Origin: Thecamonas trahens ATCC 50062
Taxonomy: Eukaryota > Protista > Apusomonadida
DNA: 64,000 nucleotides
Assembly: GCF_000142905.1 (NCBI RefSeq)
Contig: NW_013657662.1
Span: 463,021-527,020 of the forward strand
Direction of reading: 5' to 3'
The notes under the pieces were generated by a model. The model was not told the origin of the DNA. It saw only the letters and a list, made by a program, of their open reading frames with translations, and searched no databases. The translations under genes and the position numbers were made by a program. Below, in pieces: positions 42,675 to 52,456 of the stretch (position 1 is its first letter; every line of letters starts with the position of its first letter).

Positions 42675-43286
42675 CGCGGGTAGTTCTCTAGCACCAGCTC
42701 GAGTGACTTGAATCGGAGGATGGTAAAGAGTGAGCCGTCACTGGTTCTGCCCCGCGGCGCGTGGATTGGGGTGCGTCTGCTGATCGTTGATTCCGCGACT
42801 TGTGCTAGAGTTGTGCAAGGGGATGGGCATCAAATTGGAGCGTGTCGCGAGACAGAGTGGGAACTGATGGTCTGGGGATGGAGAAGCATGTATCGCACTG
42901 CATGAGTGCGCGAGCACCGGCGATTGGCTCGGTTGGGTCCTGCAGAGTTGTGAGCAAGTCGCGACAGTAGCGAGCATGACCACACCCCAGTCTCCAGCCG
43001 TCACATCGACGATTCTGACGATGACATCCATCCCGACACGCACAGGCTCCTCGGCCTCACCCCTAAACTACAACTGGCCTCGCAACCGGCAGTCATCTCT
43101 CTATACCCCCTTCGTGACCAAGCCGATCGGGCCGATGACGCGACGTTGACGCTCAGCGCGACAAATGGATTTGGCAGTTTGGGTCGGTGCTGCGGTCAGC
43201 CGCGACAGCCGGCGAGCCGGCGAGCCGGACATCTGGAGGCATCTGACTCTGAGCAGGCTTGAGGTTTGTTGAAGAGAGAATTGGCA

Positions 43287-44099
43287 ATGTTTGGACTGCG
43301 TATGCTTGGACGTGTGGGAGTTGATGTTGTGAGCGGAGGAGCTGGTCTGTGGCGGGCAGGTGGTGCGGCTGCGGTGTGGTCGGCTACGGCGGCGGCTGGT
43401 GGTGCGGCGGGCGCGTCATCCACGGCGAGTGGAGCAGTGACGGGCAAGCGGGCATTGGGGACGAGTGCATGGGCATGGGAGGAGAAGACTGAGGACAAGG
43501 TCGATGCTGAGAAGGCGACCGAGGAGGCGACTGAGATCAAGACCGAGAATGAGGCTCAGGTTGAGCAGGAGAGCAGCAGTGAGAGCAGCAAGGCCGACCA
43601 TGACGCGGCTGCGGCAAAGGTGGCCGAGCTCGAGGAGAAGATGGTCGAGATGAAGGAGAACCTCCTCCGGGCGCTTGCTGATCAGGAGAACGTTCGTATT
43701 CGTGCTCGGGAGGACGTCGAGTCGGCGCGCAAGTTTGGTGTGACCAAGTTTGCAAAGTCGATGCTCGATGTGGCCGACTCGATCGAGAAGGCTATGGAGG
43801 CCGCCAACGAGGCTGAGCACGGCGCGCTGTACGAGGGCATCGCCATGACCTACAAGCAGCTGTACAACGCCTTTGCTGCAAACGGCATCGAGCCTGTTCG
43901 CCCGCTGGGCGAGCCGTTCAACCCGGAGCTGCATCAGGCTCTCTTCGAGATGCCCGCAGGCGGCGAGCACGAGCCTGGACACGTCGGCATCGTCACCCGG
44001 ACCGGCTACACCCTCAACTCGCGCATCCTCCGTCCGGCCCAGGTTGGCGTCGTGGCCCAGCCGCTCCCTGAGGCGAACGGCGATGGCAGCAATCAGTAA
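43287..44099 (+). CDS. MGE1: Mitochondrial GrpE nucleotide exchange factor (Mge1)
   Basis: A presequence followed by LLRALADQENVR.R, KFAKSMLDVAD, LYEGIAMT, GEPFNPELHQAL, and GYTLNSRILRPAQVGV. Confidence 0.95.
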   Translation: MFGLRMLGRVGVDVVSGGAGLWRAGGAAAVWSATAAAGGAAGASSTASGAVTGKRALGTSAWAWEEKTEDKVDAEKATEEATEIKTENEAQVEQESSSESSKADHDAAAAKVAELEEKMVEMKENLLRALADQENVRIRAREDVESARKFGVTKFAKSMLDVADSIEKAMEAANEAEHGALYEGIAMTYKQLYNAFAANGIEPVRPLGEPFNPELHQALFEMPAGGEHEPGHVGIVTRTGYTLNSRILRPAQVGVVAQPLPEANGDGSNQ

Positions 44100-44298
44100 A
44101 ATTGTCTTTCTCCATCTGTCACTGCCCAACCAGTTTCAAGCCGAGCCACGATCGGCTGCGTGGCGACACAGCCTGTCCGTGTCCGAGCGAGCCGTGTGCA
44201 CTCTCTCACTTGCTGATTCTCCCGTCAGCCGGCGATTCTGCCCCTCCATCTACTGATGAGTAGCCTTCTCACCTTTGATGACTACCTGCTCCCACCAT

Positions 44299-44376
44299 CC
44301 ACGCACTCGGGACTTGAACCTGATGACCCTGGCTGCTACCGAGATGCGGATCAGCTAGCGAGGTCCGAAGCGCATG
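44299..44376 (-). ncRNA. tRNA-like element (degenerate tRNA or Pol III-type element)
   Basis: The minus strand has a perfect B-box/T-loop GGTTCAAGTCC. A 7-bp acceptor stem CATGCGC/GTGCGTG and a CGGA/TCCG D-like stem can form. The anticodon arm is non-canonical (6-nt loop TAGCAG). Confidence 0.3.
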
Positions 44377-44652
44377 CAAACACATCTACTTGTATTTCGA
44401 CCCGATATATTACGTAAGCATGCCCCCTTACATGCTACATGTTGCCGCTGCCACTTGCGATCGATGCCCATCTCGACCATTTGCCCGTCCTCATCTACCC
44501 CCCTCCCCCCGCCCTCCATTGGCTCCCGAGCAAGTCACCGAGTCGTCGCCATTTCGGCAGCAACCAAGTCCAAGACGACGACGAGGACGCGGACGAGGAT
44601 GAAGACAAGCAACACCCAACTTGACCAGACAGCAGGGAGAAGGAAGGAAGTC

Positions 44653-44857
44653 ATGTCTGCAGCACATGACTATGAGGCCATGGGTACCGCACGTATGTAA
44701 CCTATGTGTATGAGGTGTGTGAGGTGTGTGAGTGCGGAGGGGAGAGGTTGTGCCAGCAGCAGCTCGACCAACGCGAGTGATGGGGCACGACAATGTGGGT
44801 GCAGTTGGGTTGGGATGGGCATCGGGTGTGGTGGTTCTGAATCGATAGCTGTATGTA

Positions 44858-44892
<35 letters not shown>

Positions 44893-45540
44893 TTGCGATG
44901 TGGCATCGGCATGGTGTGTGATGACTGGTATGGGCATGGCGGAGCGAGTTTGAGCAGAGGGCTTGTTGGACTGTTGGAGGATGGCCACGGGTTCGGGCCT
45001 GCACGGTCTGATGTGTTCAGCGAGGGCTTAGCTTTGGCGTTCTGGAGGCACCGTCGAGCCTTGTGGGACTGGGGATAGAGAAGGAGGGGATGATGGAAAG
45101 GCAAGCACATCGATGGCCGCATACTGGCGATCCTGCTCGGCTGCTCGGCATTGTGCCCACTCTCGCTTGTCATCATCGGCAGCATGACTGCTTCGTTCAC
45201 TCACGTTGTGGATGGCTGGATGTGCGGAGGTTAGTCAAGGAGCTGCTGGCAGAGACTCAAGAGATGGCGGAGCATACGCAGCGTGTGTTGGAGCTGAATG
45301 ATCAGGTTGTCCATGCTGCTCAGTCGACGGCAAGTGTCATCGAGCGAATGAGGTCAACAGGACCGCAGCCGTACGTGGAATGGGAGATGGGCGTGATGGA
45401 TGTGGTGGTTATGGACGAGACGAGAGGGGACTCACGATGTGTGGCGTTGTGGTTGTGTGTACAGGGTGCCGGTTGACGTCGTCATGGAGATGGACGTCAT
45501 GAACAACAACGTGGGCGCGACAGAAGGCGCGTCGCAGTGA
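44653..45540 (+). CDS. Putative small multi-exon coiled-coil protein (exon structure only partly resolved)
   Basis: ATG at 44653, a GTATGT donor at 44693 opening a (GT)n-rich intron, a helical exon VKELLAETQEMAEHTQRVLELNDQVVHAAQ, and a GTACGT..ACAG intron (45371-45464) leading to PVPVDVVMEMDVMNNNVGATEGASQ*. Confidence 0.4.
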
Positions 45541-45813
45541 TCGGAGCCGGAGCCTCACACAGCGGCGGCGTCGACGGTCTGCATCGGCCCACTGTCTGGG
45601 TCTGCAGAGCCTGTTGTTCACTCGCCGCTTGTCAGCGAGCCACCATGCACAAGCTGGCAGCAGTAAATCAGACGAGAGCAACCGTCGAGCGCGGCAGCGC
45701 GGCAGCGCACCGATCTGTGACTGCAATCAGCCAGGAGTTAGTCGACATGCCCTGAAGCAGCCTAGCTACTGCCCGTTTTGCTACCCACAAGCCCTTTGCG
45801 TCGGTCGAGCGGA

Positions 45814-46317
45814 TCAGACGTCGGTGTCGTCGGCGTCGTCACCAGCGTCAACGCCATCCTCCTCGCCATCCTCAACCAGCTGGTCCAACCCATCGATTCC
45901 TTGGGCATCGTTGAGCGTGTCCTCGTCATCTTCTGCACCGCTGTCGCCAGCAGTACGTGCGCGGAGCAGTGCTCTGTTCCACTTGATGATGAGCTCTCTG
46001 CAGTTTGTCAGCGTTGCGGCCGAGTGGATGACGCGGATGGCAACCGGGCGATGAAACAGTTCAGTGGTGAGGGTCAGGGCAGCCCAGACCATACGAAAGT
46101 GATCAAAGGGGGCACGGACAATGGCAGTGTTTGACAAGGGATTGTAGAAGGGAACAGCCATGCGAGTGCAGAGTCCATCGCCCACTGATCCAAAGCATGT
46201 GGTGAGAACAGTCCGGAGTGCCCGCAGCAGATGCGGTGCGGTCGTCTTCCCGCCAGTCTCTGCTCCGTCCTTCCACCCAAGTACAGCCACTAGATACCGG
46301 TGCTTATACCGCACCAT
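45814..46317 (-). CDS. POP5: RNase P/MRP subunit Pop5 (Rpp14/Pop5 family)
   Basis: Motifs MVRYKHRYL, FGSVG, FYNPLSNTAIVR, VWAALTL, and RVIHSAATL, plus an acidic tail. Confidence 0.9.
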   Translation of the reverse strand: MVRYKHRYLVAVLGWKDGAETGGKTTAPHLLRALRTVLTTCFGSVGDGLCTRMAVPFYNPLSNTAIVRAPFDHFRMVWAALTLTTELFHRPVAIRVIHSAATLTNCRELIIKWNRALLRARTAGDSGAEDDEDTLNDAQGIDGLDQLVEDGEEDGVDAGDDADDTDV

Positions 46318-46767
46318 GTCGTCTCCAAGTCAATGACAACCAGAGTCAAGTTGTGGTGGTGGCTCGGACGGCGTGCGCTTGCCATACTCGCTCGTGTACG
46401 ACGCGACTTGGATCTGGCTGGATCGGGCGGTGGGGGGGGGGGGTGGCTTGGGGATGGGGATGGGCGATCTGATCTAGGCTGGGGGGAGGGAGGGGGAGGG
46501 GGAGAACGAATGGATGTTGCCCCTTTGCCGCAGGATGAAGTTGGTTTGACAATGAAGAGCACAATGCGTGTGATGGCGGCGACGATGGCGAACGATTCCT
46601 GGCAACAACAAAAGCAATGATTAATTCTTACGATTACCGGCAACAACAAAATCAATGATTGCTAACAACGGACAGAGCAGCAGCAGCCCGACAGAGCCAG
46701 GACGACGACCAATGACTCTTCCTCCGGACAACACACGTCTTGACGGAAGGAGGAGGAAGAAGGGGGC

Positions 46768-49315
46768 ATGGAAGACCCGCTTGCATTGATGGGCACACTC
46801 CCTGGGTCAGTAGCAGGGCTCGGTGGCGATGGCGGTGGCGGTGGTCTGGTGGTGGACATGGGCGAGCTGGACTCGGGGGACTTTGACTACAATCTGGAAG
46901 CGTTGGAAGCTGATCTTGCAGCGGATAGAGTCTCTGGCGCCTATCGCTCTCACCACAATGGAACAATGTCGGCTTCATTGCCGGAACTGGCCTTTCCGTC
47001 GCCTCCCACAACGCCGTCGGGAACTACAGATGGCGCCGCGTCGACGTACAGCGAGTCTGTGGGTGCGCTCCGGGACAGGCCCGCATCGGTCGGAGATGGC
47101 AAGGCAATGGGTCGAGGGGGAGACAATGGCGGATTCGCGAGAGAAGAGAGCCCGGAGCAGGATGGGCCGTGGGGCCCAGAGAAGATCCGGGCAAGGCGGT
47201 ACCTGGCACTACATCATGCGGTGTATCTTTGGCTGGAGCGTGTGGTGCGAAGGTCGGGAAATCGGCTCGTCTCGTCGTCGCTCTTCACTGCGCTGCATGA
47301 TGGCCTGGTGCTCACCGAACTGGCGTACCGATATGCTCCGCGGCGAGTCGAGTCGCGCAAGATTGTTGTCTGTCCAGCGTCGCGCGCAGACCGGCGCAAC
47401 AACATCAAGGTCTTTCTCCGGTTCTGTCTCTCGCTGGGCTTCAAGTCGGCTCGGCTGTTCCACGTCGACGACCTGTACCTGCGGTGGGACATGGAGCGGG
47501 TGGTCAAGGCGCTTGCCTACGTCGGCGCTCACCTAACGGCAAAGGGCTTTGCCCCGCCGTTCTCGCCGCGGCCGGCGGAGGACTACATTTTCCCGGCTCC
47601 GGCGCTCCGGGCGGCCGTCGCCTACCTTGCCGAGGTTGACACGCACCGCGAGGACTTGGCCCTTGGCCGCAAGTACCTCGACGCGCGCGAGCGCGAGCGC
47701 GACCGCCGCCGCAAGATGCGGGCGCAATCGCCCGAGGACGCTGGAGGGCTGGATCCGGCCGGTGGCGACTCGAGCGTCGCAGCCGCGGCGGCCGAGCATG
47801 CCGAGCGCACAGAGCTTGAGCTCGTGGCGCGCGCAACCAAGGCGCGGCTGAACGCGGCAGCAGCTGCCGAGGCCGAAGCTGGCGGCGGGAGCGGAGAGGC
47901 CAAGTCGAGGCGGAAGAAGAAGCGGCGACAGATGTTGCGACGGAGCGAGACTGTGGACACGCTGCTGTCGACACCGCTCCCACCGCCACCCGGACCACCG
48001 CCTACTGTCTCTGTCGTCGCCTCGTCGACTTCATTCTCTAACGCACAGTTCCCGGACGACGTGGCGTCGCCGCAAGTCGGCCAGCTCAACGACTCGCTCG
48101 GCCTCCCGCTGCTTGACTTTGACGCGCTCACACTCGAGCCGCCGCCGCGCGGGCGACGGCGGCGGGGGATGAACCGCCAGTCAACGTTTGCCGACATCGA
48201 CTGCGGCGGCGAGGTGCTCAACCTCAGCACCAGCGGGAGCATCGCCGCGCTGGACGACGGTGGCGAGCTCGAGGAGACAGAGGCTCCAAACAGTGCAGCT
48301 GCAAGCGAGACGACCGACTCGCAATCTCAGGCTATGGACGAGAGCGGGAGCGAGAGCGAAGGCGCAACTGCCGAGCTCGGCGACGACGACATCGGGGCGT
48401 ACGTTGTCGCCATGTACAGCTTTGAGCCGAGGTACGAGTCGCAGCTCGCGATGGCGCCAGGCGACAAGTTTCAGATCCTCGAAGCCGAAGCCATCGACGG
48501 GTGGTACTCGGTGGCGCAGGTGGTGGCGCCTTTTGGTCATGGATATGTTCCGGTCTCGCGGGTGACGCCGATCATGGGCTTTGTCGCCGGACACGGTTCG
48601 GTCTCGGACGAGAATGAGAGTCCGGAGGCTGACAGCCGCGAGGCCGAGGGCCTGCCCCAGGCCGACGCCAAGGTGGCGATGCGGAGCAAACTGCAAGACC
48701 GGCTAGCGTCGATGGGCTTTGTGCACAAGGTCGCGGTTGACCCGCACCTCGAAGATGTGTTTGACATCCGCAAGGAGATTGTGGCTTACGCCGGCGAGCT
48801 TGTTCGCCCGGCAGCGGGCGCAGAGCCCGTTCTTGAGGCAGGAGCAGACTCGAGCGCTCACGGCTCCGAGGTCTCGGTCCCGTCGGTGAGTGATGTCGGC
48901 AGCGACGAGCCGCTCGACGCGTCGCTGGTGGTACTCGAGGGCGACGGTGGCGGCGACGTAGTCGGCAATGGCTCGCTGGTCCTGCTGGAGAGCGAGGACG
49001 GGATTGTGGTCGACGACGACGGTGGCGGTCGATGATCTGCTTCTCGACTCGAACGGTGAGTTGCTCGACGACGCCGAGCTGATGCGGCGGATCGACGACG
49101 GAGTCGGCAATGACTCGCTGGTCCTGCTGGAGAGTGAGAGCGGGATTGTGGTTGACGATGACAAGCTCGGGGTCGATGATCTGCTTCTCGACTCGAACGG
49201 TGAGTTGCTCGACGACGCCGAGCTGATGCGGCGGATCGAGGACATGGAGTCTGGCGACATTGATCTGGCTGGGCTCTCCGACTTGGACACCGACGACGAA
49301 CTCGGGCTCATCTGA
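46768..49315 (+). CDS. Calponin-homology (IQGAP-like CH) + SH3 protein with an acidic repeated tail; frameshift at about 49027
   Basis: CH: VYLWLERVV..LHDGLVL..NNIKVFLRFCLSLG...LFHVDDLY..DMERVVKAL. SH3: VVAMYSFEPRYESQLAMAPGD...DGWY...GYVPVSRV. The tail continues in the 48968-49315 frame. Confidence 0.8.
48961..49239 (+). repeat. Tandem duplication, period 142 nt, in the 3' part of the CH-SH3 gene
   Basis: GTCGGCAATG.CTCGCTGGTCCTGCTGGAGAG...GCTGATGCGGCGGATCGA starts at 48961 and at 49103. Confidence 0.95.
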
Positions 49316-49583
49316 CGTCTCACTCGCCGGATGGGCGATGTGCAAGGTAAAGCGAGGCGTCAGGCGCATGCAAGAGTCATGGTGGCAGGTGTGAGGGAGC
49401 ACATGAGGAAGAGCCGGACGTCAACATACGAGGTAAACGGGTGGTGCCGAGCATTGTCAAGGACAAGCGGCCACTGGTGGAGCCGAACACCATCAGAGCC
49501 GAGACCGCAGCCGCCACGAGCGATGGACTTGGGTGAGTCGGTGGTGGCCGAGTCGCGACCGACCGAGTCGACCGGGACGTACG

Positions 49584-50323
49584 CTATGAGAAGAGTACAG
49601 ACATCAGGCGCACCGGCGGCGGCAACGCACTCCCACGGAGCGCAGCGACGTCGATCATGAGCGGAGCGAGGTCCGGATCGGCAGCAGTGAGCCAGGGCAC
49701 GAGCTCTTGCGGCTGAACAAGGAACCGCATCAGATTAAGCTTGTCTCTAGCGACATGCTTCTCGGCTGGCAAGACGTAGAGAGTCCAGGCGAACGAGGTG
49801 CGGGCAAAGGGGGCTGAGGGACCGACCAGGCGCGGGCGATGCGGAAAGTCCGCGATGGCAAGCTGAAGGAACGATGCGTTGGCATCCAGGGCAAGTGGAG
49901 GCGAGGATACAGGCAAGAGGCGAGCCGCAGCCGATCCGTTGGACAGAGGACCGAGATGAAAGGCGTAGAGAGGCGAGAGCGTGGCCAGCGGGGCGATGGG
50001 CAGATGCCAAACAAGAGCGAGGCCGCGAGGGCAGGGACAATGAGGACGTTACAGAGGAGAACGATGAGCGCCATTGACTTGATGGGTGCAGGCGTAGCAA
50101 AGTAGTACGGATGGGCGAAGCAGAGTACGCCAGCTGCGAGACAAGCCGAGATGAGCAGAAGGAGCATGGCAGCGAGCGCAGGTCGGGTCTCTGGCTCGTG
50201 TCCGAGGAGATACAGGCCCGGGTGTGCGAGGACGAGGACGAGGGCTATCACCCACACGCATGCATTGACCGTCACGTGTACAGCTGAGGCCCCCACTGCA
50301 TGGTCGGCAGCCCATCGAAGCAT
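49584..50323 (-). CDS. Hypothetical three-TM membrane protein, probably frameshifted (ORFs 49730-50323 and 49584-49916)
   Basis: Three hydrophobic helices lie at the N-terminus, and a protein-like C-terminal part lies in the overlapping frame. I recognise no family. Confidence 0.45.
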
Positions 50324-50450
50324 GCGGAGGAGATGGAGGAGGGTTGCGAGAGGTGGTAACGATTGTGAGAACGAGAAATGATTGTGTAACGATTGTGTGA
50401 ATGAGGAATGATTGATGACGATTGTGTAAAGGAGGGATTAATCATGGGGG

Positions 50451-50478
50451 TTTTCGCGCCAACCTTGGCGCCATCTTT
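50451..50478. promoter_or_regulatory. E2F-like (TTTTCGCGCC, TTGGCGCC) and YY1-like (CGCCATCTT) motifs in a divergent promoter
   Basis: The sequence TTTTCGCGCCAACCTTGGCGCCATCTTT lies between divergently transcribed genes. This is a motif match only. Confidence 0.3.
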
Positions 50479-50603
50479 GCACTGCCGACAAGACGAGACG
50501 ACGAGACGACGACAACCACAGCCGCCGCCACAGCCGCCGCCACAGTCACAACCATAGCCACAACCGAACCGTCGACCACCTCACCCGCTTCCGGCCCAAG
50601 ACC

Positions 50604-52439
50604 ATGGACACACACACAGCCGCGTGTGTCCTCCAAGCACATGTTCGTGGGTGGCGGACGCGCAAACGCATGCGGTGTGTCCGGGCAGAGTACCGGGCCC
50701 TGGTGGCCGAGGTTGAAGGCCCTGCTGTGGCCGCCCGTCTCTACTTTCCTCCATCATCGTCACTAGCATCGTTGCCTAGATTCACTCCGCCGCGCACGTA
50801 TCCAACTCGGCTTGCTTTCTGGATTCCTCCGGCGGACTATGCTCCGCTGCATCACGCAAAGCGGATCGTTATGGAGAACGCTGTTGTTGTCCCGCCGAGA
50901 CTGGCTCAGCTTGATGAACTGCGGGTAGTGGACGCGAGCGAGTCGCAGGTGGCGTGTGTCGATGGGCGAGAGATGATGACTGGTGTGAATAAGCCGAGGG
51001 TGGTTCGTAAGCTGCAGCTGACCTCTGACGATGAGGCGGCGTGCGTCGACCAGGGAGTTGTCGGCCAAGCGGCGGTCGATGAGGCGGCGGTCGGCGAGGC
51101 GGCGGTCGGCGAGGCTGTGGTCGGCCAAGCGGCGGTCGGCCAAGCGGCGGTCGATGAGGCGGCGGTCGGCGAGGCGGCGGTCGGCGAGGCAGTGGTCGGC
51201 CAAGCGGTGGTCGGCCAAGCGGCGGTCGATGAGGCGGCGGTCGGCGAGGCGGCGGTCGGCGAGGCAGTGGTTGGCCAGGCGGCGGTCAATCAAGCAGGCT
51301 TCGATCAGGTTGCAGTCGATGAGACTGGCGGCAAGCAAGCGGTCGTCTGGCAGGGGGGAACGATGGTGGCCAAGCTGGCGCAGCCGGCGAAGACTGTTAC
51401 GGCTGTCAGAGGCAAACGCATCAAGGTCGTGCCGATGCGAGCAATGCTGTACCGTGGCGTGGCATACGGGCTCGAGTGGGAGACAGCGAGGTTGACAAGA
51501 GCTGCGGCGGGGCTGGCACTGGCCAAGGTTGTGCCTCCTGCGAAGCCTCCGGCTGTGCGCGCGACGGCCAAGCGGGTCATCCTTGTCACTCACCACCAGG
51601 CCATCGAGGTACGGGCGTCGCGGCCAAAGCACGAGGTGGCGATTGAGTACATCCAGGCGCGGGTTGTGCCAGCCGTAGAGCCAGCAACCCAAGCGGTGGC
51701 GCTGCTCCAGTGGCGGGCCGAGCCCAACCCGCATGGCGTGCCGCAGACCGCGGTGGCGGTTGCCGCGTCTGCCGAGCTTGGCGAGCTGCGACTTACCGGC
51801 GCGCTCATTCCACCAGCGCTCTTTGGACTGCGTGGACCTGCGCCAGGCGGCCTTGCGCTCTCCCCTATCTCTACTGTCAACGAGTCCGGGGAGAGCGTGA
51901 CCGACGACGACATGGACGCGACCCTCTCGTACGATTCGGACGACGACCCGCTGCTTCTCCGCCCTGCTGTTGCGAGTGCGCCTGCGCCTGCGCCTGCACC
52001 GGCACGACCGATACTGGCGGTGTATGACCAGGCTCCTAGCGATACAACAGACGGCGACTCGCCGTCGTTTGGCGAGCTCCCGACGCTGTCAATTCACGAG
52101 TCACCGGTGCGGCCGCCGCGGATGACCGCGCGACGCCCGTTGTTCACACCAACACCACCGGGGAAGCGGCAGACGGCGGGGAGGGTGGGCGAGGCCGAGA
52201 ACATGTCACCCATCGACGTCGACGTTGACGACACCTCGTTTGCTGTCTCATCTCTCTCAGCGTCGATGATGTCGGTCTCATTCTCTGTTTCGCGCGATTC
52301 GGGTTGCTTCTCGGCCGACTCGCTGATGTCGCCGGAGCAGGCTCAGGAGCTCGCGCTGCTCCAAGAGGAGCTTGCTGTTGTCAAGGAGATGCTTGCGGAG
52401 CGGCGACGAGCCAAGGAACAGAGCACAATCCGTGGCTGA
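50604..52439 (+). CDS. IQ-motif protein resembling IQCC, with an internal pentapeptide repeat
   Basis: The N-terminus LQAHVRGWRTRKRMRCVRAEYRALVAEVEG closely resembles the IQCC N-terminus. The C-terminal helix is QELALLQEELAVVKEMLAERR. Confidence 0.7.
   Translation: MDTHTAACVLQAHVRGWRTRKRMRCVRAEYRALVAEVEGPAVAARLYFPPSSSLASLPRFTPPRTYPTRLAFWIPPADYAPLHHAKRIVMENAVVVPPRLAQLDELRVVDASESQVACVDGREMMTGVNKPRVVRKLQLTSDDEAACVDQGVVGQAAVDEAAVGEAAVGEAVVGQAAVGQAAVDEAAVGEAAVGEAVVGQAVVGQAAVDEAAVGEAAVGEAVVGQAAVNQAGFDQVAVDETGGKQAVVWQGGTMVAKLAQPAKTVTAVRGKRIKVVPMRAMLYRGVAYGLEWETARLTRAAAGLALAKVVPPAKPPAVRATAKRVILVTHHQAIEVRASRPKHEVAIEYIQARVVPAVEPATQAVALLQWRAEPNPHGVPQTAVAVAASAELGELRLTGALIPPALFGLRGPAPGGLALSPISTVNESGESVTDDDMDATLSYDSDDDPLLLRPAVASAPAPAPAPARPILAVYDQAPSDTTDGDSPSFGELPTLSIHESPVRPPRMTARRPLFTPTPPGKRQTAGRVGEAENMSPIDVDVDDTSFAVSSLSASMMSVSFSVSRDSGCFSADSLMSPEQAQELALLQEELAVVKEMLAERRRAKEQSTIRG
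51050..51320 (+). repeat. 15-nt coding minisatellite, (G/D)(E/Q)A(A/V)V x ~17
   Basis: GGCGAGGCGGCGGTC-type units are directly visible. Confidence 0.95.
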
Positions 52440-52456
52440 TTGCTGCCTTTTACGAC

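Noticed and set aside
42675-43265. Small ORF 42738-43043 or an ncRNA between Sec3 and GrpE
   Set aside because: I found no recognisable motif, codon bias or stable structure that I can support.
44252-44290. Hammerhead ribozyme (CTGATGA core)
   Set aside because: No GAAA follows a stem II and no stem I/III pairing is evident.
34781-46317. Translation/tRNA gene cluster (EFL, BUD32, POP5)
   Set aside because: These genes are interspersed with unrelated housekeeping genes, consistent with chance in a compact genome.
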